Source: Candidatus Lindowbacteria bacterium RIFCSPLOWO2_12_FULL_62_27
GTDB taxonomy: Bacteria; Lindowbacteria; 2-12-FULL-62-27
Assembly: GCA_001784175.1 (NCBI GenBank)
Contig: MFPR01000013.1
Span: 1 to 64,000, forward strand
Direction of reading: 5' to 3'
Length of the DNA: 64,000 nt
Part shown: piece by piece, positions 19,282-27,681 of the stretch
How the letters are laid out: every line of letters starts with the position of its first letter
How positions within the stretch are numbered: the stretch's first letter is position 1
The notes under the pieces: generated by a model
What the model was told of the DNA's origin: nothing
The model's input: only the letters and a program-made list of their open reading frames with translations
The model's database searches: none
Translations under genes and position numbers: made by a program

Positions 19282-19708
19282 GCGGCGGGTCGCCATCTCC
19301 ATCCAGCTCGTCGCCGACTTCAAGAGTCTCCTGAAGATCCGCCGCGCCGTCATGGCCCAGGCCACCATCATTGGCGCGCGGCGGTCGATCATCTACCGGA
19401 TCATCCTGGCCGTCGAGGAGGCTTGCTCCAACATCATCCGCCATGCCTACCGGAAACATGAACCCAAAACCATCTGCGTCGACATCGAGGCCACGCCGCA
19501 AAAAATGAATATCGTCATCCGCGACGTCGGCAAGGCATTCGATTTTCAGAAATATCCCGCGCGCGCGGTCGCGCAAAACGCCATCCGGCGCCGTTCCAAG
19601 GGCGGATACGGCATCCACCTGATTAAATCCCTCGTCGACAACTACGAGTACATCCGCAGCGACAACGGCGAAAACCATCTGAGGCTCGTCAAACGCCTCC
19701 GCAATTGA
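19250..19708 (+). CDS. Anti-sigma factor / Ser kinase (RsbW-like, HATPase_c_2)
   Basis: LAVEEACSNIIRHAY, IRDVGKAF, GGYGIHLIKSLVD. Start placed at ATG 19250 (GGAGA upstream). Confidence 0.9.
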   Translation: MKKTPGAPSPERRVAISIQLVADFKSLLKIRRAVMAQATIIGARRSIIYRIILAVEEACSNIIRHAYRKHEPKTICVDIEATPQKMNIVIRDVGKAFDFQKYPARAVAQNAIRRRSKGGYGIHLIKSLVDNYEYIRSDNGENHLRLVKRLRN

Positions 19709-22044
19709 CCGGGACCGTTCCGGCAGGATCGTCGGCGTCCCACGAAGATCGCCAGGCGCGGCTCGATGTCCGGTTCCTGCGTGAAATGGCGGCGCAGATT
19801 AAAAACAAGACCAGCCTCCATGAACTCTTCGAAACGTTCCTCCTCACGCTCATGGGCCGGTTTCAGTTCCTCCGCGCCGCCATCTATCTGCCGGCGGCCG
19901 AGCCCTCGCGGTTCCGCATGTTTTTGTCCAAAGGCGCCGTCCCGACGGGCGGGCTTCCCGATCTCATCCGCATCGAGGATCTGCCGGACGAAACGCCCCT
20001 CCTGAAACTCGTGGACCTCCCCGTCCTCGATCCCGGCGGCGTCTTCTCCCGCGCCCAATTCTCATGCGCTCGGGTCATCGCCTGGACGCCCGAACCCGGC
20101 CGGCCCCTCCGCCGGCAGGGAATCCTCCTGCTTGGATCGCCTCGACCCGTGCGTTTCACGGCGGCCGGAAAACTTTTCCTGGAATTGATCTGCGGTCAGG
20201 TCACTCAGGTGCTCGCCGGCAGTCTTGGCGGGATCCTCGAACGCATTCAGGATTTGGAGCGGCGCAGCGACCTCGTGCGCGACAGGGGACAACAATCTGC
20301 GCCACAGCGGCGGCGCGGCATTTCCCGCGAGGATATTCTCCATTCACAAAACCTCCAGACGCTCCAGGATATCGCGTTCCGATTCAAGGGCGGCGTCAGC
20401 CTCCAGGAATTGTTCAGCACCTATCTTTTGACCCTCATGGGCCGCCTCCGGCTCAAACGCGCGGCCATCTACGCCTCGACCATGCCTGCCAGCCGGTTTA
20501 TCCGGTTGCTCGTCAAAGGCCGCTCGGGACGGCGGGACTTGCCGGAGACGGTGACGATCGATGAGATTCCGGGGAATCTTGTCTGGGGATCCCTGCGGGA
20601 CTATCCCGCGTTGAACCCCGGAAACGTTTTCGGCCGGGAAGGCCTGTCGCTCGTGTGGGTCCTCTCAAGAGACGCGCCGCCGGAAGACGCGCCCTCGGAC
20701 CTGCATCCGGACGCCATGGTGTTCATGGGCGCTGACGGAGATATCCAGCTCACGCCGGCCAACGTCAAGTTCATCGAAATTCTCAATCAGCAGATTGTCG
20801 GTATATTGAAACTGCTCGACAGCGTCGCCTCAGGTCACGCGGCCCCTGGACGCGAAAGCCGCGCGGGACTTCTGGACTGGGACAGCAATCTCTCCGTCCT
20901 CGTGCGCGAGGGCGTCGACGACCTCGGGTTCCTCCAGGAGGCCGGCATTCGGCACAGGATTTTTTATCGCCCGGCCCACAAGGTCGGCGGGGACTTTTAC
21001 GACGTCTTCCCGCTCGACGGAGGCCGCATCGCCGTCGTGCTCGCGGACGTCGTCGGACACGGCATTTCGGCCGCCATGTGGACTCAGGCCATTCGGGACC
21101 ACCTCCGGCACATGGTCGCCTCCGACGCCGGCCCCGCCGCCTCCGAACCCGCCGCAGTTCTGCGGGCGCTGAACGGCGTTCTGGCCGGACATGAGAAAAG
21201 CGAGATCCCTGTTTCCGTCTGCTATGGGATCATGGACCCGGCCCGATCGACGTTCACGTATGCTTCCGCCGGCATTCACTTCCCAATGCTCTTTCGCGCG
21301 CGCGCCGACGCCGTGATCGAACTGCCGGCCGGCGGGCTCTTCCTCGGGTGCCTGCCCGACATCCAGTTCTCGCAGGAAACGCTTCACATTGAGCGCGGCG
21401 ACCTCCTCGTCCTGTACACGGACGGCCTGCATCACCTCACAACCGATGCTTGGCGGACGGAGGCCCGCGAGTCCATCGGAAGAAATGCCGCGGATCCGGA
21501 GAAAATACTGGATGAAGTATTGAAGCTGACTGCGCTGTCCGGCGAGGAGCCGGAATCGCCCGCCGACGACAGGACCGCCCTCCTCTTCCTTGCGGACTTC
21601 CCGGGCGTACCCGATGGATTCCGGCGGCGGCTGGTCATGCCGGCGGATGTCCGCCATCTGCCGGCGCTTCGAAGCTTCATCGCCAGCCTCCTCGGCGCGT
21701 GTGGAAATATTTCGAGAGATGAGGCCTTCGCCATCTCCTTTACGTCGGAAGACGTCGTTCTCAACGCCATTCAGCACGGGTATAAGGGCCGCGCGCAAGG
21801 TGTCATTGCGTTTGAAGCACGCATGGCGAGGGATCACCTCGAGTTTGAGGTGTCCGACCTGGGCCGCGGCTTTGAGTTCGATCCGGGCCGCATCCCCAAA
21901 TTTGTCGACGACACGGATCTCTACCGGCCCAACGGCCGCGGGCTGTATATGATGTTCCAGTTGATGGACGAGGTCAAAGTCGACAGCAAGCCGGGACTCG
22001 GCACGACCGTGCGCATGGTCAAGTACTTCAAAGGCGCCCGCTGA
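19705..22044 (+). CDS. Fusion: two duplicated N-terminal GAF-like domains + SpoIIE/PP2C phosphatase + RsbW-like kinase
   Basis: Duplicated motif SL.ELF.T.LLTLMGR....RAAIY; PP2C VGGDFYD, ADVVGHG, YTDGL, DDRT; HATPase EDVVLNAIQHGY, SDLGRGF, GRGLYMMFQLMD. Confidence 0.88.
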   Translation: MTGTVPAGSSASHEDRQARLDVRFLREMAAQIKNKTSLHELFETFLLTLMGRFQFLRAAIYLPAAEPSRFRMFLSKGAVPTGGLPDLIRIEDLPDETPLLKLVDLPVLDPGGVFSRAQFSCARVIAWTPEPGRPLRRQGILLLGSPRPVRFTAAGKLFLELICGQVTQVLAGSLGGILERIQDLERRSDLVRDRGQQSAPQRRRGISREDILHSQNLQTLQDIAFRFKGGVSLQELFSTYLLTLMGRLRLKRAAIYASTMPASRFIRLLVKGRSGRRDLPETVTIDEIPGNLVWGSLRDYPALNPGNVFGREGLSLVWVLSRDAPPEDAPSDLHPDAMVFMGADGDIQLTPANVKFIEILNQQIVGILKLLDSVASGHAAPGRESRAGLLDWDSNLSVLVREGVDDLGFLQEAGIRHRIFYRPAHKVGGDFYDVFPLDGGRIAVVLADVVGHGISAAMWTQAIRDHLRHMVASDAGPAASEPAAVLRALNGVLAGHEKSEIPVSVCYGIMDPARSTFTYASAGIHFPMLFRARADAVIELPAGGLFLGCLPDIQFSQETLHIERGDLLVLYTDGLHHLTTDAWRTEARESIGRNAADPEKILDEVLKLTALSGEEPESPADDRTALLFLADFPGVPDGFRRRLVMPADVRHLPALRSFIASLLGACGNISRDEAFAISFTSEDVVLNAIQHGYKGRAQGVIAFEARMARDHLEFEVSDLGRGFEFDPGRIPKFVDDTDLYRPNGRGLYMMFQLMDEVKVDSKPGLGTTVRMVKYFKGAR

Positions 22045-22370
22045 TGGCGTTCGAATTTCAGGAAATCTCCCCCACGGCCGGCGTCCTCCGCACCGGCGTG
22101 GATGTCCGGCCGGAAAATATCGAAGGATACCGGAAAAAATTATACGAACTGTGCGAGCGGAAAAATTTTACGCTCTATCTCGACATGGCCGGCGCCGAAC
22201 ACCTCTCGTCCTGGGCCATCGGCGTCACGGCGCTCGCGGCCCAGAAAATCAGGCAAAACGGAGGAAATCTCAAAATGTACGGCGCCGGCGATAACCTCAA
22301 ACGCATCCTCAAATACTCGCGCCTCGACATGATCATCGAGGCCTCCTCCGACCCGCCCCCGGCTCAGTAA
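22044..22370 (+). CDS. STAS domain protein (divergent anti-anti-sigma)
   Basis: LYLDMAGAEHLSSWAIGV...GGNLKMYGAGDNLKRILKYSRLD; TGATG overlap with the previous gene. Confidence 0.85.
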   Translation: MAFEFQEISPTAGVLRTGVDVRPENIEGYRKKLYELCERKNFTLYLDMAGAEHLSSWAIGVTALAAQKIRQNGGNLKMYGAGDNLKRILKYSRLDMIIEASSDPPPAQ

Positions 22371-23269
22371 TCCACCGCCTCCCGGATTTTGATATACGGC
22401 AGAATCGCCCGCACCGTCTTCTCCGGGCCGCAGATCAGCGGCTCCGCCGGCCGCTGCCCTGCCAGAAGCGGCGCCCAGTCGCATGGACCGCCGGACAGCG
22501 TGAGGAGTTGTCCGCCCCCGCGCATCACCAGCGCCGCGCCGCCCGCGATGTCCCACAGGTGCGGCCGGCCCAGAAGCGCCGCGTCGGCAGCGCCGGCCGC
22601 GACAAACGCCATGTGCGCCGCCAAACTCCCCATCGAGCGCGTTTTCCCGGGAAAGTTGATCTGATATTTCCGGTGCGAGTTCGAGGGAACCATCAGGCAT
22701 GACTCGCTGTCGAACTGGTCCATGCCTTGGCGCAGCCGCACGGGTTTGTTGTTGAGAAAAACGCCGGATTCGTCGCCCCAGTACATCTCGTTGATCGCCG
22801 GCATGCTCAGGATGCCCACCTCCGGCAAGCCCTTCAAAACAACACCGACCGAAATCACCCAGATCGGCAACCCGGCCGCAAACGCCGACGTGCCGTCGAT
22901 CGGGTCGATCGCCCACAGCGTTTCATCCGTCGAGCCCGCCGACGGCGTGGCGGATGGCCCGGGCAAATCTCTGAACAGTCCCTTGACCGTCTGTTTCTTC
23001 GGCAGTCCGCCGAGGCGCGCGATTAGATCATTGGGAGGGACTGCCGATGCATCCGCCGCCGCGCCCTCTGTAAACCCCGTCTCCTCGCCCAAGATCCGCT
23101 CCGCCGGAAACACCTCCCGGATCCGCTGCTTCACGAACTCCTCGATCTCTGCGTCTGCGTCCGTCACGATCCCCTCGTTGCCCTTCCGGCGGCCCTCCGT
23201 GCGCTTGAAATGCCGCATCGCAATCTCCGCCGCTTTCCGCGTGAACGCCTTCGCCAGGTCCAGTCTCAC
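22364..23269 (-). CDS. Inositol monophosphatase family protein (SuhB/HisN-like)
   Basis: IVTDAD...GEE, WAIDPIDGT, HLWDIAGG motifs. Confidence 0.9.
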   Translation of the reverse strand: MRLDLAKAFTRKAAEIAMRHFKRTEGRRKGNEGIVTDADAEIEEFVKQRIREVFPAERILGEETGFTEGAAADASAVPPNDLIARLGGLPKKQTVKGLFRDLPGPSATPSAGSTDETLWAIDPIDGTSAFAAGLPIWVISVGVVLKGLPEVGILSMPAINEMYWGDESGVFLNNKPVRLRQGMDQFDSESCLMVPSNSHRKYQINFPGKTRSMGSLAAHMAFVAAGAADAALLGRPHLWDIAGGAALVMRGGGQLLTLSGGPCDWAPLLAGQRPAEPLICGPEKTVRAILPYIKIREAVDY

Positions 23270-23382
23270 GGCCCGCCACCCCCCTTCTCTATCTGAAGCA
23301 ACTTCCAGTGCAGAAAAATCAGGTAAACAAAAAAGATGACCCAGAACACAAAGTAGGCCGCCGCAAAATATCCTTCATTCAT
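23266..23382 (-). CDS. ccmD: CcmD-like small membrane protein
   Basis: 38 aa MNEGYFAAAYFVFWVIFFVYLIFL..., ATGA-coupled to the ccmC stop; single TM with AAY...W...Y pattern. Confidence 0.7.
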   Translation of the reverse strand: MNEGYFAAAYFVFWVIFFVYLIFLHWKLLQIEKGGGGP

Positions 23383-24023
23383 CGTACCCGGTCCTCCAGC
23401 AGGCACACTCCCGATCGGAGCTGCCACAGAGTGAAAAACAGAACGGTCAACGCCGCCATCGACCATCGCAGCGGCAAGCCGAACGCGGCGGCCAGTTCAA
23501 TCCGCGGCGGATGAAATTGCGCCTCGGGCCGCCAGAAATACACCGATGCCAGCACGACCGGAATCTCGACCGCGGCCAGAATCGAGTAGACCGCGATCAC
23601 CCGGTCGCGCACCGGCGGGCGATCCATCGTCGCGCGCACAAGCAGGCACACGGCGTACGTCGCCCACAAAATCAAAAACGTCGTCAGCCGCGGCTCCCAC
23701 CGCCACCACACGCCCCACACGGGTTTCGCCCACATCGGCCCGCTCACGATCACAAACGTGCAAAACAAAAAACCAACCTCGATCGCCGCATAGCACCGCG
23801 CCGCCCGCCCCGGTTTCCCCTCCGCCACCAGATACCCCATCCCATACCCCGCCGCGATCATGAACGCCAGAAACGCGGTCCATGCCGAACCGACGTGAAA
23901 ATAAAATATCTTTTGCGCCATCGCCCCCGCTTCCGCTTGGGCCGGCGGCGCCGAATGGATGAACCACAGCGACGTCAATACGAGAACGGCCGCGGTCATC
24001 CACACGACGGCGACCGGTTTCAT
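23379..24023 (-). CDS. ccmC: Heme exporter / cytochrome c biogenesis protein C
   Basis: IFYFHV, Trp-rich motif GPMWAKPVWGVWWRWEPRLTT, late QFHP His. Confidence 0.9.
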   Translation of the reverse strand: MKPVAVVWMTAAVLVLTSLWFIHSAPPAQAEAGAMAQKIFYFHVGSAWTAFLAFMIAAGYGMGYLVAEGKPGRAARCYAAIEVGFLFCTFVIVSGPMWAKPVWGVWWRWEPRLTTFLILWATYAVCLLVRATMDRPPVRDRVIAVYSILAAVEIPVVLASVYFWRPEAQFHPPRIELAAAFGLPLRWSMAALTVLFFTLWQLRSGVCLLEDRVR

Positions 24024-26062
24024 GCCCGCAGCGCCGCGCCCAGCCGCTCACGGAGAACGCCGTAAATCACGTCCCGCGCCGCGTTCGCCTCGTCGTCCGA
24101 CAGCGTCCGGTCCGGAGATTGAAAGATGAACGTGAGACCGATGGCGTACATCCCGGGGGCCACGCCCTTGCCGCGATACAGATCAAACACCTCGTACCGG
24201 CTCAGATTCGTCGCCTTCGTCGAATCGATCGCCTCGTACACCTGCCCGGCCGTGACCTCGTCCCGGACCAGAAGCGACAAGTCACGGCGGATGGCCGGAA
24301 ATCTGGGAATCGCCCGGTGGCGCGGGCGCACCGCGGGAAACGCGAGAAGCCGCGAGAGGCTCAGTTCCGCCAGATACGTCTCCGCCGGAAGATCCATGGA
24401 CTGCGCGATCCCGGCCTCCATCCGGCCTGCGCATCCGATGGAGGTTCCGTCGATCAGGACGGCGCACGATTCCGCGTCGGCGAATCCGCCGACCGCCGCC
24501 GGAACAAATCCGATGGACTTGATCTCACGCCCGCTCTGCCCGACCAGCGTCTCCAGGATTCCTTTGAGATCAAAAAAATCCGCCGCGTGGGAATGTTTCG
24601 AGAAATGGACCGGGGCCGTTGGACCCGCCACGGCCACCGCCAGACGAATCTCCTCGGCGGGAGGATCGCCCGGAAGAAAAATCGGGCCGGCCTCGAAAAA
24701 CCGAAGCGCTTCTGTCGTCCCCCGCCGCGCATTCAGCGATGCCGCCGTGGCCAGATGGGGCAGAAGCGTCGGCCGAAGATGCGACGCGGCCCGGCTCAAT
24801 GGATTTTCCAGCGGAACGGCCTCCGCCGGATTGACATGGAAGACGCTCAGCGCCTCCGCCGAGACGAAGCTCATCGATACGGTCTCGACAAGACCCGCGG
24901 ACAGCGCCGCCTGCCGGATACGCGACAGCGCCGTTTCGCGCTCTGGCAGCGCGCTCGCCGCCCAAACCTTGGGCCGGCGCGCCGGAATCCGGTCGAGTCC
25001 GCACAGGCGCGCCACTTCCTCTATCAGGTCCTCCTCCAGGACCAGGTCCGGACGGAAACTTGGCGGGGTCACCACCCACCGCTCGCGGCCAAGGCTCCGG
25101 ACGCCGCACCCCAGTCGAGCCAGTACCCGGCTGACTTCGATGCCGGCATACCTGATCCCCAGCACCCGCTCGATCGCATCGCCCGAAAGCGGGATCGGCG
25201 CCGCTTCGCCGATCTTCCCGCCAACTCTCTCGATCCCGGTCAGCCGGCCCCCGGCAAGCTCCCCGATCAGTTCGATCGCCCGAAAGAAAACGGGATCCAG
25301 CCCCGCCGGATCGACATGGCGCTCAAATCGGATCGAGCTTTCGGTGGCGATTCCAAGCCGCCGGCCGGTCCGCCGGACCGTTCCCGGCTCGAACCACGCG
25401 CACTCGAGAAATACCGTACGCGTGCCTTCGCCGACGGCCGTGTCCGACCCGCCGATCACCCCGGCCAGTGCGACCGGGCGATCTCCCGACGCGATCACCA
25501 AATCCCCGCTGACCTCGTAAGTCTTTCCGTCCAGCGCCGCAAGTTTCTCGCCGGATCGGGCCCGGCGTACATGGACGCCGCCGGATAGCCGGTCCGCATC
25601 GAACGCGTGCAGCGGCTGGCCAAATTCGGCCAGCAGGAGGTTCGTGATGTCCACCACGTTGTTCAATACCGCGTAGCCGGAAAGACGCAGTTTTTTCGCC
25701 ATGGCGGCCGGCGACGCGCCGATCCGAACGCCCTCGATCCGCGCGCCAAGATACCGCCGGCATCCGCAGGCCCGGTCGATTCGCACCGCGCCCTTCATGG
25801 ACGCCCCCCGCGATTCCATCCGAACGGCCCTCGTCGGACTGACCTTGCGGCCAAACGCCGCCCCCAGCTCCCGCGCAAGACCTCGCACCGACAAAAGATC
25901 CCCCCGGTTGGCGGTTTGCTCGACGTCCAGCACGCGCTCGCCCTCCAGTTCCTCTTCGCCCGCCACCTCGATCCCGATCTCAGGCAACCGCTTCGCAAGG
26001 GTTCGGCGGTCGGAGGCGGTCAGCCGCACATGTTCCTCCAACCAGGAGAGAAGCACTTTCAT
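24020..26062 (-). CDS. pheT: Phenylalanine--tRNA ligase beta subunit (short form without OB-fold domain)
   Basis: MKVLLSWL, TANRGDLLS, NNVVDITN, GQPLHAFDAD, RPDL..EEDLIEEVAR, RDLS, FDLYRGKG. Confidence 0.96.
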   Translation of the reverse strand: MKVLLSWLEEHVRLTASDRRTLAKRLPEIGIEVAGEEELEGERVLDVEQTANRGDLLSVRGLARELGAAFGRKVSPTRAVRMESRGASMKGAVRIDRACGCRRYLGARIEGVRIGASPAAMAKKLRLSGYAVLNNVVDITNLLLAEFGQPLHAFDADRLSGGVHVRRARSGEKLAALDGKTYEVSGDLVIASGDRPVALAGVIGGSDTAVGEGTRTVFLECAWFEPGTVRRTGRRLGIATESSIRFERHVDPAGLDPVFFRAIELIGELAGGRLTGIERVGGKIGEAAPIPLSGDAIERVLGIRYAGIEVSRVLARLGCGVRSLGRERWVVTPPSFRPDLVLEEDLIEEVARLCGLDRIPARRPKVWAASALPERETALSRIRQAALSAGLVETVSMSFVSAEALSVFHVNPAEAVPLENPLSRAASHLRPTLLPHLATAASLNARRGTTEALRFFEAGPIFLPGDPPAEEIRLAVAVAGPTAPVHFSKHSHAADFFDLKGILETLVGQSGREIKSIGFVPAAVGGFADAESCAVLIDGTSIGCAGRMEAGIAQSMDLPAETYLAELSLSRLLAFPAVRPRHRAIPRFPAIRRDLSLLVRDEVTAGQVYEAIDSTKATNLSRYEVFDLYRGKGVAPGMYAIGLTFIFQSPDRTLSDDEANAARDVIYGVLRERLGAALRA

Positions 26063-27099
26063 AAGGACAGTGCCTGCAAAAACCGGATGTCGTTTTCGTA
26101 AAACAACCGGATGTCATCGATCGCGTACCGCAACATCGTGATGCGCTCCACGCCCATGCCAAACGCCAGTCCCGTCACGCGCCGCGAATCATACCTCACG
26201 GACCGGAACACGTTCGGATGCACCATCCCGGCGCCCAGAATCTCCAGCCACCCGGTCGACTTGCACGTCCTGCAGGACCGGGAGTGCATGCCGCCTCCGC
26301 AGATCACGCAGGACACATCCACCTCCAGCGACGGCTCCGTGAACGGAAAAAAAGACGGCCGAAACCGCAGACGCACCCCTTCGCCGAAAATCGATTTCGC
26401 AAAATACTCCAGCAGGCCCTTCAGGTCGCTCAGCGTCACGCCCGCGTCCACCCACAGACCCTCCACCTGATGAAACATCGGCGTGTGCGACACATCATCA
26501 TCCCGCCGGTAGACCCGCCCGGGCGCAATCACCCGCACGGGCGGCTTCTGCTTCTCCATCACGCGAATCTGCACAGGCGAGGTGTGGGTCCGGAGAAGAA
26601 ATTTTGGATTTTGGATTTTGGATTTTGGATTTGAATCCGCAAGATAAAAAGTATCATGCATGTCCCGCGCCGGATGGTCCGGAGGAATGTTCAGCGCTTC
26701 AAAGTTGTACCGGTCGGTCTCGACCTCCGGGCCGGAGGCGATGTCAAATCCGGCCAGGCGGAAAACCTCGCAGATGTCTCGCAGCGTCGTCATCACCGGA
26801 TGCGCAACGCCCGCCGGCGCCCGCCGGCCCGGAAGCGTGACGTCCACCCCGGCCGCCGATCGGACGCCGGCGGCCAGACGATCGCGCGCATCGGCCAGAC
26901 GCTTCTCGCAAAAGACTTTGAGCTCGTTCAACGCGGCGCCCCGCGCGCGCCGCTCGTCCGGGCCAAGTTCCCCCATCCGCCTGAACTCGTCGGCGAGCAG
27001 GCCCTTCCGGCCGAGAAACCGCACCCGGACCGCCTCCACGCCGTCAGCGCCGACGGCGCCGTCCACGGCCTTCTCGAATTCGGTTTTGAGATCCGTCAG
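26059..27099 (-). CDS. pheS: Phenylalanine--tRNA ligase alpha subunit
   Basis: NFEALNIPPDHPARDMHDTFY, LRTHTSPVQIR, FRPSFFPFTEPS, AFGMGVERI. Start uncertain (CTG at 27099 just after the rplT stop, or a later GTG). Confidence 0.96.
   Translation of the reverse strand: MTDLKTEFEKAVDGAVGADGVEAVRVRFLGRKGLLADEFRRMGELGPDERRARGAALNELKVFCEKRLADARDRLAAGVRSAAGVDVTLPGRRAPAGVAHPVMTTLRDICEVFRLAGFDIASGPEVETDRYNFEALNIPPDHPARDMHDTFYLADSNPKSKIQNPKFLLRTHTSPVQIRVMEKQKPPVRVIAPGRVYRRDDDVSHTPMFHQVEGLWVDAGVTLSDLKGLLEYFAKSIFGEGVRLRFRPSFFPFTEPSLEVDVSCVICGGGMHSRSCRTCKSTGWLEILGAGMVHPNVFRSVRYDSRRVTGLAFGMGVERITMLRYAIDDIRLFYENDIRFLQALSL
26601..26635 (+). repeat. Heptamer tandem repeat (ATTTTGG)x4 plus one degenerate unit, inside pheS
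   Basis: attttgg attttgg attttgg attttgg atttgaa; the minus strand encodes SNPKSKIQNPKF. Confidence 0.95.
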
Positions 27100-27101
27100 G
27101 A

Positions 27102-27449
27102 TTAAGCGGCCTGGGCGGCCTTCACAAGTTCCCCAAAGCCCCCCGGATCGCGTGCGGCGATCTCCGATATCGACTTGCGGTTCAACCCAATCCCCGCGCG
27201 CTTCAGGCTCGCCATGAACCCATGGTAGGACAGGCCGGCCTGCCGGGCCGCCGCCGTGATCCGCGTGATCCACAGCCCACGGAAATCCCCCTTGCGCTTG
27301 CGGCGGTCCCGCGTCGCGTAAAAACCACTCTGCAAAAGCTGCTGCTTCGCCTCGCGGTAAATCTTGCTCTTCCGGCCCCAGTATCCGCGGGCCTCCTTCA
27401 ACGTGCGCTTCTTCCGGGACCGTCGCCCGGTGCTCTTCTTCGATCTCAT
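27102..27449 (-). CDS. rplT: 50S ribosomal protein L20
   Basis: ARGYWG, RDRRKRKGDFRGLWITRITAAAR, LNRKSISEIA. Confidence 0.97.
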   Translation of the reverse strand: MRSKKSTGRRSRKKRTLKEARGYWGRKSKIYREAKQQLLQSGFYATRDRRKRKGDFRGLWITRITAAARQAGLSYHGFMASLKRAGIGLNRKSISEIAARDPGGFGELVKAAQAA

Positions 27450-27467
27450 CGATGTGTCCTTCCCTGA

Positions 27468-27668
27468 TTAAGCCGCGTACGGCATGAGTCTCGTCAGGCG
27501 CACGCGGTCCGTGGGGTGCACTACTTCCACCGATTGGTACGACCGCTTCCGCTTCCGCGACTTGTCCGTCAACAGATGCCGGCCGAACGCCCGCCGCCGC
27601 ACCCACTTCCCGCCCCCCGTCCGCTTGAATCGCTTGGCCGCGGCACGGTTTGTCTTGATCTTGGGCAT
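27468..27668 (-). CDS. rpmI: 50S ribosomal protein L35
   Basis: MPKIKTNRAAAKRFKRTGGGK...HLLTDKSRKRKR. Confidence 0.97.
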   Translation of the reverse strand: MPKIKTNRAAAKRFKRTGGGKWVRRRAFGRHLLTDKSRKRKRSYQSVEVVHPTDRVRLTRLMPYAA

Positions 27669-27681
27669 CCCTCTGTCCTCC

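Noticed and set aside
27100-27606. 515-aa PheS with a long N-terminal extension
   Set aside because: The extension is an alternate frame of rpmI/rplT; PheS similarity starts near 27099.
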